NCBI GenBank assembly: GCA_046562895.1
Contig: CM102164.1
Location: 32,715,842 to 32,779,841 of the forward strand
Length of the DNA: 64,000 bases
From: Trichechus inunguis
Lineage: Eukaryota
Direction: 5' to 3'
This document shows, in pieces, positions 1-11,700 of the stretch (position 1 is the stretch's first letter; every line of letters starts with the position of its first letter). The notes beneath the pieces are model-generated. The model was given only the letters and a program-made list of their open reading frames with translations, was not told the DNA's origin and did not search any database. Both the position numbers and the translations under genes were made by a program.

Positions 1-264
1 AGAACACGTAGAATTCACCTCTCCCTGGGAACAAAGTGCTTTGAGCACTGCTTCACACAACATAAGGGTGCTGTATGTGTTTGTTATTAAAAATTGTAAA
101 TAAATGAATAATAAAGTTCTAAATTGAATATTTGGAGCTATTTCAAAAACAATAAAATTTGGAATGTTCTGCCAGCAAAGTCTTTTAAGCAATATTTCCT
201 ATATGGAAAATAAATGATATGTAACTGTAAATTACATATATGTATTATTTCTTTTCATATACAG

Positions 265-448
265 TACAAGCATTAAGTACTCACACCCAGGAGAAATAGA
301 TGGCACTAGACTCTTGGTCATTTGTAATGTGGCCCTTGGGAAGTGTATGGACTTGTACAAGAAGGATTTTTCATTAACAGAAGCCCCACCAGGTTATGAC
401 AGTGTCCATGGAGTCTCACAAACAGCAACTGTCATCACGGACTTTGAG
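265..448 (+). CDS. PARP4: PARP4 exon (C-terminal part of the PARP catalytic domain). The acceptor is acag at 261-264 and the donor is GTATTT at 449. The exon starts in phase 2 (one base completes a split codon).
   Basis: The open frame reads TSIKYSHPGEIDGTRLLVICNVALGKCMDLYKKDFSLTEAPPGYDSVHGVSQTATVITDFE. This has the PARP signature pattern (LLGEVALG ... PPG.DSV.G). The exon is flanked by AG and GT, and its frame continues cleanly into the next exon. Confidence 0.75.
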
Positions 449-661
449 GTATTTTTATCAAGAAATAGACAAAGTGTCAACTTTTTGCTCCTCGCTTTAT
501 TAAGTATGCTTAAGTGTAAATAATGATTGTATATGTATGGTCTCAATTCACTATTTTCTAAATTAGTAAACATGAAATTGTATTTTGTAAGAACACCTAC
601 CAACAAAATTTTTTTTGTTTTGTTTTGTTTTTTACCACCTGTTAATTTCTATTTGGCCTAG

Positions 662-818
662 GATGATGAATTTGTTGTATATAAAACCGATCAGATTAAA
701 ATGAATTATATTATTAAATTTTGCATTCCTGGAGACCAGAAAAAGGACTTTCATCCTTGTGGTAATACTGAATTAGAGGAATATGTACCTGAATTTTCAA
801 GTTTTCCAAAGGCTGAAG
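662..818 (+). CDS. PARP4: PARP4 exon (end of the catalytic domain, with the conserved Glu in DDEFVVYK, plus the linker). The acceptor is cctag at 660-661 and the donor is G|GTAAGA at 819.
   Basis: Translation is DDEFVVYKTDQIKMNYIIKFCIPGDQKKDFHPCGNTELEEYVPEFSSFPKAE plus one base. It is homologous to the PARP1 NEYIVYD..KYLLKL block. The exon ends in phase 1, which the next exon completes. Confidence 0.85.
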
Positions 819-1314
819 GTAAGACCATTTTCCTTTCCATTTATAAAACTCAAACCTTGTATCTTCAGTGGGCTTTATCTTCATGTTTGGTAACTATATC
901 TGTGACCCCATGTCTAAATATTTCCTTTTTATTTTCTACAAATAAAAACCAGGATGCTTGAGAGGGGTTAAGTGATCTCAAAAGTACATGTTATTTCATT
1001 AGCACACCTACATTTAACTTGTCCATCCCAGGATAGCTAATACTAAAACCTACTGAACAATTTTAAGATGTCACAGTACAAAAAGTATAATGGGAGTTGG
1101 TAGAATAGAAAGAAGACACAGTTTTTTAATCAGGAACCCTGGGTTTGAGCATCAACCCTGCCACTTCCTAGGCTGTGTAATCTTAGACAAATTGCATAAT
1201 CTTTCTGATCATCAGCTTCTTTCAGATGGAATGACAGCAATACTTGCTTCACAGTGTTGCCATAAGGGTTAAATGGGATAAACGAAGATACTCCATAAAT
1301 TTTAATGTATGGTA

Positions 1315-1413
1315 TAAATATATATGTATATATATATATACATATATATGTGTATATATATATACATATGTGTATATATATATACATATATATGTGTATA
1401 TATATATATATAT
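1315..1413. repeat. Compound microsatellite of the form (TA)n/(TGTATA)n.
   Basis: The sequence is atatatgtatatatatatatacatatatatgtgtatatatatatacatatgtgtatatatatata. Confidence 0.9.
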
Positions 1414-1920
1414 AATTAGTAAGACAGATGTATGAGAGGATGATAGCTTCTCAGAAAATGCAAAATTATAAGCTTAAAGTATTATAATATTAATCAGTAG
1501 GATTGTAAAATTACAACACATTAACATTTTTAACTTAGAAGATTTTTTTATCAGAATGTATGAGTTCGTGTATGTTCAAGAAGATGACTTCAAATTTTTC
1601 TCTATTAGTCATTAAATGAAATCTGTGGCAAGACAGTTTGTATTTATATAGTTAGCCATAATGTATTTCTGAACCACCTAGTATAATGCTTGAATGCTTT
1701 TCAATATGCTGTATTAGGAGTTTGGTTTAATCATTCTTGAATTGAAAATCTAAGTAGCTTCATGTTGCTGCAAAAGTGCTTTTATGGCAAAATACATAAT
1801 AATGACTAATACAAGTTGAGGTATACAGATATCTAGATTCATGCTTAAGCTTCATTTAGAAATTTTTAAGACCTCTTGTGTATTTGTGTGTATGTTTAAA
1901 TCAGTATCTTTCAAGTAATG

Positions 1921-2087
1921 GGAGCCCTGGTGGTGTAGTGGTTAAGAACTTGGCTGCTAACCAAAAGATCGGCAGTTCGAATCCACCAGTCGCTCCTTGG
2001 AAACCCTATGGGATAGTTCTACTCTGTCCTGTAGGGTCGCTACAAGTCAGAATTGACTCGACAGCAATGGGTTTTTTTTCCAAGTAA
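1921..2087 (+). mobile_element. AfroSINE. This is a tRNA-derived, Afrotheria-specific SINE. Its 5' end is a tRNA-like head.
   Basis: It begins ggagccctggtggtgtagtggttaag...gcagttcgaatccaccag, which contains A and B boxes. It continues with ccttggaaaccctatgg...gggtcgctacaagtcagaattgactcgacagcaatgg. Confidence 0.85.
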
Positions 2088-2197
2088 TAGCATGATTCTA
2101 GGTGTTCAAAATGACTCCCAAAGTCTCTAGATTAAAAAGGCAGGAGTGTCTTTTGAAAATGCTGCCCCCATTTTTCTTGTGATCTTATACTTGAGTG

Positions 2198-2362
2198 GAG
2201 TCCCTGGGTAGTGCAAATGGTTAATGTGCACAGCTGCTAAATGAAAGACCTGGCAATCTACTTCCGAAAAATCAGCCATGGAAAACCCTCTGGATCATAG
2301 TTCTACCCTGACACACGTGGGGTCGCCATAAGTCAGGGTTGACTTGATGGCAACTGGTTGGG
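2198..2362 (+). mobile_element. AfroSINE-related SINE. This is the variant of the family that begins ccctgggtagtgcaaatggttaa.
   Basis: It begins ggagtccctgggtagtgcaaatggttaatg. Further on it contains ctacttccgaaaaatcagccatggaaaaccctctgg and ggggtcgccataagtcagggttgacttgatggcaactgg. Confidence 0.8.
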
Positions 2363-2535
2363 TAATTGAATTAACTTGTTTTTCAGAATTTGCTATTGAA
2401 AATCATAAAATGCTGTTTGTCCTATTGTCATAATGTAATGTATATAGGGAAGGAGAAGGAATGAAGATCAAGATAACAAAAATAGACCATGCAGGGATGG
2501 TTATAAAAACTAACATTAATGTTTTTAATATATAG

Positions 2536-2660
2536 ATTACCAGTTACCAGATACCAAACCTTTCAGCAATATCAAAGCCGGTCTTCAGGATACCTCTGGG
2601 AATTTAGTTCCTCTTGAGGATGTTCACATCAAGGGGAGAGTAATAGATGTTGTAGCCCAG
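2536..2660 (+). CDS. PARP4: PARP4 exon (linker and start of the VIT domain). The acceptor is tatag at 2534-2535 and the donor is GTATGC at 2661.
   Basis: The split codon g+at gives D, followed by YQLPDTKPFSNIKAGLQDTSGNLVPLEDVHIKGRVIDVVAQ. The codon phase is continuous with the flanking exons. Confidence 0.85.
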
Positions 2661-3159
2661 GTATGCTGTTTGTGGTTTTATGGTATTTAAACTAAATGGA
2701 CATTAATCATAGATGAAAATTTGATTGCTGTTGTATGAACTAAACAAAGTATGTACTTTTCTAAAATTTATGTACGAATGTTCATTGAACACCTACTATG
2801 TGCCAGACATTGTTCTAGACTCTGGGCATATGTCAGTGAACAGGACAAAAACTCTGCCCTTATGGAACCTGCTTTCATAGAATAGGAAGTAAACATGATA
2901 AATAGTAAAAAATATACTGAAAAACCTACAAAAACCATAACTGTGTAAAGTGGAAACCTGTCAGAGAGGGAAAGCCCAAATATTTTCCACTAAAACGAGC
3001 AATAGAAAAGTGATAAGACTGCATGCTGTCAAAGGTGGGAAACTTATGAGACCTGGAAAAACAAGTTAGTCCTGTTGAATTCCAGCTCTCACAGGTTTCA
3101 CTGTAAAAATGTGGTAAATGGTGATAGGTGCTAAGGAGAAAACAAATCAGCAAGAGGAT

Positions 3160-4870
3160 GGGGACTATACAAGAGGGAGGGGCACTGAACTTTTAAATAG
3201 AATGGCCAAGTAAGACCTTACTGAGAAGGGGACATCTGAGTATAGATCTGAAGGAGGTAGGGCACGTGAATATCAGGCCAACACTCATTCTAGTTAGAGA
3301 AAGCAGCACATGCAAAGGTCCTGAGGTGAGAGTGAACCCGATGTCGTCAAACGACATTAAGCAGTCTACTGTGGCTGGAGCTGAGTGAGAAGGGGGAGAG
3401 TTGGAGAAATTGGGTCAGAGAGGAAAGGGGGGAGGAAGGATTATGTAAGGATATAGGACTTAAGCTTACCTCTGGGTGAAATTGAAGCCTTTAGAAGATT
3501 TTTGGCAAAGTTGAGTCATCTGATTGGATCTATGCTGTAATGGGATTGCTCTGGTTGCCATGTTGAGAACAGTCTGAAGAGGATCAGTTGGGAGACATCT
3601 TAGGTCAATTTCTCTGGAAAGAAGACTCTAGATGGAAATTTGCTCTTAGGAACAACACCTGCAAGGGAATGGGGTGGGGGTAGGATCTGTCAGAGAGACT
3701 AGTCACATAGACTAGTCATTAGATGTGCACTGCCCCTGTTGAGGGATCATAATTTTGGGTGAGGCAGTTCTTCTTTGGCAAGGACAGTTACTGTGGGAGG
3801 GGAGGGGACTCATCAGGCAACACTCTTAGCAGCATCAAATATGGGAGATTACTAAAGTGATTCAGTCAAGGAGAGTGGTGACTTGGACCAAAATGATAGC
3901 AGTGGAGGTGGTAAGAAGTAATTGGATTCTGGCTGTGGATTGAAGGTAGAACCAATGAGATTTGTTGATGGATGTGTGATAGGAGAGAAAGATAGGAGTC
4001 AAGATGACTCTAAGGGTTTTGGCCTAAGCAACTAGAAGGATTGTGCTTCTACTTACTGAAATGAGAGAGACAGTAGGAGGGCAGGTTGAGGAGACTATCT
4101 GGAGTTCATTTTTGGCCATATTGATGTAAGATGCCTCTTAGATATCCACATGGAAATGTCAGGTAGTATAGACATGGGTCTAGAGTTCAGGGAAGAGATT
4201 CAGGCTGTAGATACGAATTAGGGAGTCATCAGCATTTAGATGTTTTAGTTAAAGTCATGAGACCAGATTAGAACAAGAGACAGTAGAGAGAGAGAAGAGA
4301 TATCCAGCACTTAAAGATCTGGGGCATGAGATGGAATCAGTAAAGGAGTCTGAGAGGGAGCATCCAGGTGCTCTGGGAAATCAGTCAAGGAGGAGAGAAT
4401 GATCAACTGTTTCAAATATTGCTGCTAGATCAAGTAAAGTAAAGACTGAGAATTACCACTGAATTTAGCAATGAGGAGATCATTGATGACCTTGACAAAC
4501 ACCTTTTTGGTTGAGTGGCAGAGGCAAAAACCTAATTAAGGTGAGTTCAAGGGAGGATGGGAGGAAAGAATTTGGAGACACAGGAGAGAATATGGGACAG
4601 TAGCAGAAAGGAAAGTGAGGTCAAGAGTGCTTTCTTTTTTTCTTTTGAGCTGGAAGAAATAATAGCATGTGTATGTGCCAGTGAGAGTGATCCATTACAG
4701 GCGAGGAAAACTGATGACCTAGGAGAGACGCGAATTGCTGGAGCTCCGTCCTTTTGTAGGCTAGAGGATGAGATCCAGTGCTCAGATACAGTGGCTGGAC
4801 TTGGGTAGGAGCTCACAGTTAGTTCATCAACCATCATGGGACAGAAGGTAGAGCTTATGGGTGCACATGC
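3160..4870. mobile_element. Ancient LINE fragment. It resembles the L2 ORF region.
   Basis: It contains tgcaaaggtcctgaggtgag...ctgtggctggagctgagtgagaagggggag and, further on, ctgtttcaaatattgctgctagatcaagtaaagtaaagactgagaattaccactgaatttagcaatgaggagatcattgatgaccttgacaaa. These are strings characteristic of an old LINE2-type consensus. Confidence 0.45.
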
Positions 4871-5539
4871 AGGTAGGTGGGTACATGTGGTGGTAGAGCT
4901 TGAAAAGTTCTCAGTTTTCTAAAATTGAGTTCTAATATTTAACTCATCATTGCCTCCTAACACTGAAGATTATGTTAAACAACCATAAAAATATCTCAGG
5001 AAAATAAGAAAATCATGACTCTGGTAACTTCAGAGGGAAATAATGTTAATTTTAGTGATCACCTTAAACTGGGGAAATGAGGATAAGGTGGAGTAGGGAA
5101 GAGCATGTTATATATGATGTTTATAACAGTTTGGAAATATCTGACCACCACTGTCCGGTCTGCTCTGACCCATACCCACACCCCTGAAGTAGCTCAGGGG
5201 AATGTCATATAGTAAAATGGGAAAACCCACATGTGGGCTGGTGGTCAACGTTTTATGCCTTTGGAAGCATTTAGGAGCTGTAACAACAATAATTACCACC
5301 TCCTATAATTCAAGCTCTGGATTGAGTTTTTCACGTGGAGTTACTCTATGAGTTAAATGCTGTTTTTATTATGCCCATAAACTGATGCTCAGTGACATTA
5401 AACAATATGATAGAGCACACTTTTGACCTCAAGTCATTCTGTTTCTAGAGTTCAGGTTCCTAACCACTGCTGTAGTGCAACATGGTGTAAAACTGGTTGC
5501 CATCGAGTCAATTCTGCAACCTGGTATAGGTGGTACAAA

Positions 5540-5765
5540 GTATGGGGGTTTGGAGTCAGAAAGAAGATAGCTTAGAATCCTTGCTTCATTCTTTTCTAGC
5601 GTTTTGACCTTGGAGAAGTTACTTAACCTCTTTGTGCCTCAGTTTCCTGATGTGTAAAATGGGAATAATAATATCTACCCATTCGTATGGCTATTATATA
5701 TCATGAATGTAAAGCACCTAGTACATTTTTTGGCATATAGGAGATGCAAAACAAATTATGATTAT
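5540..5765 (+). mobile_element. MIR SINE fragment.
   Basis: It contains gaagttacttaacctctttgtgcctcagtttcctgatgtgtaaaatgggaataataata, which is the MIR core. Confidence 0.6.
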
Positions 5766-7501
5766 GTTACAAGAGGCATATGTCCTTTGTATTTTACAAC
5801 TTGCTCCATTTGAAATTTCAATGAGATGGCCTCCTTCATGGGGAAGTTTTGTCCACTATAACTCATTCAGCAGAGATTTTTTTATTGATTTATGATTGGA
5901 CAGCTGACCTGTAGATTAACCTTGCATATTTGAGCAGAGGCTGAACAATGGGCACCTCTACGTGCTTAGCTCATATGTTTTAACTCATCTTGGAATGAGT
6001 TTAATGTTTTTAGCTTATTATTTATGTAATGGTTTCTTCTAAAGGAAAAATATTAAATGTCAAAAATTTTTATAGTGTATTAGTTTGTGTTCTAAATCCT
6101 GGTAAAAATACATCTATCATCATTATCTAAAATTACTAATTTTTTGAGTGCGCAATTATACAACATGATATACAAAGAGAATCAAGCTGACATAGGCTGA
6201 AACCCACAAGACAAACTTGTTAACCAGAGGCAGGTAGGATATCTGCAGAGTAGGATGAAGACACTAAACCAAGGTATGATTAGATGTTGATCATACTCAT
6301 CAAATACAAGCCAAGGAGAAGTGTGTCTGAGGGGTTTGGTAGAACTGTGGGCATCCAGGAAAGAAACTGAAGGAGTTTTCTGTGCAACCAAAGGGTGAGC
6401 GTGATATCCTTCGAGTCAGCAGCCCTTAGATCAGGGCGAACAGAGCCCTGTGCCAGTTCCAGTCCTGGTTTCTCCCCTTTCGGACTCACAGGGGGCTGTG
6501 TAGGCACCTCAGAAACTCCGGGACTTGTGCCTGTGGGATTGTTCCAGGGGAGTGGTCTGGCAAGCAGAACTCTTCCACTGGCCACTGAGGCATTTGTTTG
6601 CAGGATTGCAAGAGATTGGGTCTCCAGAAGGGTGCTGACCTACTGACTTGGAGTGATTCAAATTGTTTATATAGGGAGGGGACCCTCAAAACATATTTGG
6701 CTGGTGCTCTATATGCCCTAAACCAAACCAAACTATATACCCTAACTTTTAGTAAATCCAGTTGTAGATAGCATTTTAGAATAGGCTAACTTTTTTTTTT
6801 TTTTCATTTTAGTCTCGGGGATTATTGGTTACAAATTGTTAAATATTATTACCTTATTAATGCCATTGTTTATTTTACTGTTTATTACATCTCTAAGTTT
6901 AAAAAAAATTTTAAATATTAAAAAACTACTGCTTTTTCTTGATAAGCGAGTAATGTGATGAAAACTGTCCTTTTACAAAGATTAATATGATAGCATTTAA
7001 ATAGCAAGATAGAGTAGAATGGAAAAGGCTTGATTTAGGAGGCATCTAGGCAGGAAGAGATGAGGACTTAGACTAGAAAAGCAGCTGGGTAGAAAGGGGT
7101 AAAACCAAAGAGACATCTCCAAGGAGGAGTACCAAGACATCATAGATTGAATATAAGCACTATTCTGGAATAGTACCGGGCCCATGTGCTGTAAGGAAGC
7201 TTAAAGAAGGGACTTTTTTCCTGGCCGGCTTGACAGTAGCTACATTGCTTCTGCTAACTAAGTTGCACTGCTATCAAGTGACTCATCTTCTTTCAGGCAT
7301 GTATGAACTGCCTAAACATGGGGCTGGTGCATTTTCTCATGTGACATAGACTCTGCATTGCAGTGGCATCTCCTGTAACTCCTGAAGCCTCAGTTGGGAA
7401 TTTGAGGGACATGATAAAAATCCAAGGAATTTAAAACAAATATGCATTAAGAGTTTTCATTAGTAATTATAGCAACAAGTATATGGACTTTTCTTCTTCA
7501 G

Positions 7502-7633
7502 GTCATCGTTTTTCAGACATACACAAATCAAAGTCATGTGCCCATTGAGGCAAAATATATCTTTCCTCTGGATGATAAGGCTGCTGTGTGCGGTTTTGAA
7601 GCTTTCATCAACGGGAAGCATATAGTAGGAGAG
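7502..7633 (+). CDS. PARP4: PARP4 exon (VIT domain). The acceptor is ttcag at 7500-7501 and the donor is GTAAGG at 7634.
   Basis: Translation is VIVFQTYTNQSHVPIEAKYIFPLDDKAAVCGFEAFINGKHIVGE. This is a typical VIT-domain sequence, starting and ending in phase 0. Confidence 0.85.
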
Positions 7634-8413
7634 GTAAGGGGAGAAAATGCGTTGTGACTTTACTTTGGTTTCCCTTCTACCTAAATCTTCATTATCTGAG
7701 TCCCCACAGCTATGAGGTTGAGTAGCGACCTTGTCATAAAGCAAAAATATTCTTGTACTTATACAATTAGTTTCCACTCAAGAATCCTCCCTGATTATTG
7801 GTTTCTAAATTCCTGTTTGTCCAGGCTTTGTTGGTCAGTGTCTGGCAAATTCTATGCCCCAGCACTTCAGAGAAGAGTGACTTAATATCAAAAGTTTAAG
7901 AGAGGCACATTGGATAACTGGTGAAGCTCTTATATATTTTTGTAAAAACTGATCCTCCACACCCTGCTATAAAAGTCAAACTGAAATGAATTTATAAAAA
8001 TTGTGCCAAAAGAAATAAGTTGATTCATTCTTTGTTTATTCTAAGCATTAGCGTACAATTGCAATTACAACCCAAATTTTGTTAAATTTAAGATAAAATA
8101 AACTTAATTTGTTATTTTTTGTTCAAAATAAAGTTCCAGTCAAGCTGTCCCCCCCACCCCCGCAACTATTGACTCTGAAATATTTTGTTCCCAATTTAAA
8201 GAGAATTTTCTTTAGTTGCCCTTTTTGGTTCAGATTCTTACCAGATAATAAGTACATTTTGATGATCACTTTACATAAGCTTCCATTCATCTTAGATGGG
8301 CTCTTAGTTTTCTGTTTTTGCCTAGGTTTTAGTAAACATAATTAAGTTTTCCTAATTAAAATCTGAAGTCACCAATCACATTATGATGTGGATGTAAAAA
8401 TCATTCTTTCCAG

Positions 8414-8500
8414 GTTAAAGAGAAGGAAGAAGCCCATCAAGAATACCAAGAAGCCATCAGTCAAGGCCACGGTGCTTACTTGATGGATCAGGATGCCCCT
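8414..8500 (+). CDS. PARP4: PARP4 exon (VIT domain). The acceptor is ccag at 8412-8413 and the donor is GTATGA at 8501.
   Basis: Translation is VKEKEEAHQEYQEAISQGHGAYLMDQDAP. The exon is in phase 0 on both sides. Confidence 0.8.
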
Positions 8501-9233
8501 GTATGACTTGATACTCATCTGTTCGCTTAGTAGTCTTATTAGAAAGGATAAAGGGGTTGGAAAATGATTTAAAATATGAAATTCATACTAGAAACCAAGA
8601 TAATTTATAGTATTTGGGGCTCCGGTGTTTCATTTGCTTTTAGCAGGGAGATACCCAGCTGATCGGACCCATCGGATTTGTCTAAATATAGGAGGAAATT
8701 GTATAAATATTGCCAGACAGATAACTATCTCTGTAATTAGGAACGGAGTTTCCCAGAAGTATCAACAAAAAGAAAATATTTGGGTTACATAATTATCATC
8801 TTATTATAAAAGAGTGTAATGTATTTACAGGATAAACTTTCCTGGAACTAAGCTCACTTAAAAATTTACTCAATTTTCACCAAATCGTAACCCAGGAAGG
8901 CATTTCTGCAGGGACTGAAATAGGGCCAGGTTCTTTGCCTTCTGATTATTAGCTTTAATAGGAATATAATGTGGATAATCTGGAAGAAGGATAATTATCA
9001 TGTCAACTAGATTTTTTTCTAAGTATAAGATATTTTAAATGTGCTTTTGGCAGGTGTGTTTCATGCAGTCAGTTTCTAACCAGGATATCTAGTGCAGATT
9101 TAGTTGTTGTTATACATGGGACCGTATGCTTCACGCGTCTCCTCTGAGGATGACACATTGCCATAATATCATGAAAATTTAATGTTTGGCATGGGTGTGT
9201 ACAATTTTAAAAATTAATATAGATTTAAAAATC

Positions 9234-9412
9234 AAACCAGCTGCCGTTGAGTCGACTCTGACTCATGGTGACCCCATGTGTGCTAGAGTAGAACTGTGCA
9301 CCATGGGGTTTTCAGTGGCTGATTTTTCGGAAGTAGATTCAGACCTTTCTTCTGAGGTGACTCTAGGTGGACTCGAACCACCAACCTTGCGGTTAGATTT
9401 CAGGGATAAATT
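9234..9412 (-). mobile_element. AfroSINE, 5'-truncated, in reverse orientation.
   Basis: It begins ctgccgttgagtcgactctgactcatggtgaccccatgtgtgctagagtagaactgtgcaccatggggttttcagtggctgatttttcggaagtag. This is the reverse complement of the 3' part of AfroSINE. Confidence 0.8.
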
Positions 9413-10767
9413 ATTACTTTTGACATCTAGAATATCCATTTGTAGGATGGGAATAAACAATGAAGAGGTGATTATCAAACAATTAATACTGCTGGCCCCT
9501 GGCTGAAGTGTATATATAAAAGCCTGAGGGTTCATCTGAGTGTGGGATTATGGTCATAAATGAGTTGTTCTAGATGTTTCCTCCTTCATGCTAACGTATT
9601 TCCTTAGGACTATGGTTCACAGGAACCCAGTCTTTATTACTGATATTACCTAGAGATAAAGTCTGGTCAGAGCCATTGCTGACCCCTGCCTTCAAATGTC
9701 CCAAAATGCATTTTGCCGTCCAATGACTGTGATTATCAGAAAACTAATACATTGGCTTTAGATATCCAAGAGATTGAGCTGAAAATGATTAGCAATTGGA
9801 ACTGTATACAGTGATGCGTTAAAATTACAAATTATTATATCAGAAGTGTAGATAGAGTTGGAAGAAATGTCTTGGGGTGAAGGGCTCCACCCACAGTGAG
9901 CGTGCCCACTGCACCTCTACAGCCCTTTTATTCACTCCTAGCTGGATTCTTTGCTCCAAGCTCAGCAACAGCTATTTCAGCCGTTTACCATTCTCCTTAA
10001 ACTAGCAACCCTACCTTTATAAAAACAATTATAAATCATGAACTCCTTCAGCTTTTCTCCACTCCAACTAAAAAATGGTACCTTCAGTCTTTTCTGTCCC
10101 TTCCTCCCTAATAATTTCTAATTCTAATCTGTCTCTTGGACTCTTTATCCCATTTTATATAATCTTTTCCTGGTCCTTGCTCTATCACTTATTTCCTCTC
10201 ATATTTCCAGCTTCTCTCTCATAATTTGCTTTTTATTCCTAACCTATCTAGCCTAAAAAATAAAGCAAGCCCTTCCTTTAACCCTGCTTCTCCTCTTAAA
10301 CTATCCCATTACTCTCTTACCCTTCAGTATAAGACTTATCCATTTTCTTACTGTTTGCTTCTTAATGTACTCAATGACTCCTTCAGGCCACTGAAATGTT
10401 CCCACTGAGATATCTTGCGGTCTCCAAAGTGTCAGAACATCTCTATGTCATTCTATATGACGCTACTGCAGTTTTGACACTGTTGACTATCCCTTTCTTC
10501 AGTTAAACCAACATTAGTACCTGTGCCAGATTCTAGTGATTTAGAAATAACATATATCCCACATAGAACTCACAGTCAAGTATGGAAGGCAAACTAAACA
10601 AAGGTTATGATATGTGATAGAGTAATAGAGACATATATTTAATGTAGTAGTGGCACGATGAGGCACTGGACAAGTCAGCTTTAATGATCAGGGGAGCCTT
10701 CCCAGAGACAAATTCACTTGAGCAGAGTCTTAAAAGATGAGTAGGAACTCCCCAGGTAAACTAACAG

Positions 10768-10975
10768 GTAGACCCTGGGTGTTGCAAGTGGTAATGTGCT
10801 CAACTACTAACCGAAATGTTGGTGATTTAAACTCACCCAAGAGACACCTTGGAAGACAGGCCTAGTGATCTGTTTCTGAAGGGTCACAGCCTTGAAAAAC
10901 CTATGGAGCAGTTCTACTCTGCATATATGGGGTCCTCATGAGTCAGGATCAACTCTATGGCAACTCAACAACAAG
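10768..10975 (+). mobile_element. AfroSINE, + orientation.
   Basis: It begins ggtagaccctgggtgttgcaagtggtaatgtgctcaactactaaccgaaatgttggtg. It continues with ccttggaagacaggcctagtgatctg...aacctatggagcagttctactctgcatatatggggtcctcatgagtcaggatcaactctatggcaac. Confidence 0.8.
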
Positions 10976-10989
10976 TACATGCTGTAAGT

Positions 10990-11700
10990 GACCTGAAACA
11001 GCATTGATTCTTGGGAAAATGTAAGTGCTGGTATTTTGTCCTGGCTGTAGTGACATGGATAAGATTTGCCTTTGAAAAAGAGCACTCAGATGGCAATGAG
11101 AAGGTTGGAGTGGCCTGAGGGTCATCTTGGGGGTGGGACACTAGTTAAGTGACTCTTGTAGTAATATAGTCAAGAGGTATAATGGGGGCCTGAACTAAAA
11201 TAGTAGCAGTGGGAATGGAGACAATGCAACCATTGTGAAAGATGTTAAGGAGGTAGAATGTACATGACTAGTTAAAGATGGGAGTATATGGAGGGTGTGG
11301 CGGAGAGAAAGGAGTCATGAATGGCACTTGGACAGGTCTGGCTTGAGTGACCAGAGACTGTTTGCTATTCATCAAGGCAGGGATTTGAGAAGAGCAGATT
11401 CTGTATGGGTATGGGGGTAGCGTGAGTGGAAGGAGATAATGAGTTTGAGAAATTGACGGGTGTCATGTGCATGTGTCCTTGAGGCAGCTGGATGTATGTT
11501 TGGGAGCTCAGGAGAGAGGTCTGCACTGGAAGTGGAGATCTGAGAATCATCATGGGAGTCTCTGAGATGGCATGCTGACAGAGATTGGGTATTGTAACAA
11601 AGATTGGATGCAGTTCTGGAATACCTAGCTTTAAGTGTTGGGTGGTAGAAGGGGAAGCGAAAAAGGTTCTGGGCTGTCATACCTGAGGAAAGTTCTGTAA
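10990..11700. mobile_element. Ancient LINE (L2-like) fragment, of the same type as the one at 3160-4870.
   Basis: It shares word-level similarity with the 3160-4870 block (for example gactgtttgctattcatcaaggcagggatttgagaagagcag and ggagtctctgagatgg-type segments). Confidence 0.35.

Noticed and set aside
1921-1993. A tRNA-like sequence with A and B boxes (ggagccctggtggtgtagtggttaag...ggcagttcgaatccaccag). Similar heads occur at 2198, 10768 and 13611.
   Set aside because: These are the 5' heads of AfroSINE retroposons. They are followed by the SINE body and tail and occur in multiple copies, so they are not functional tRNA genes.
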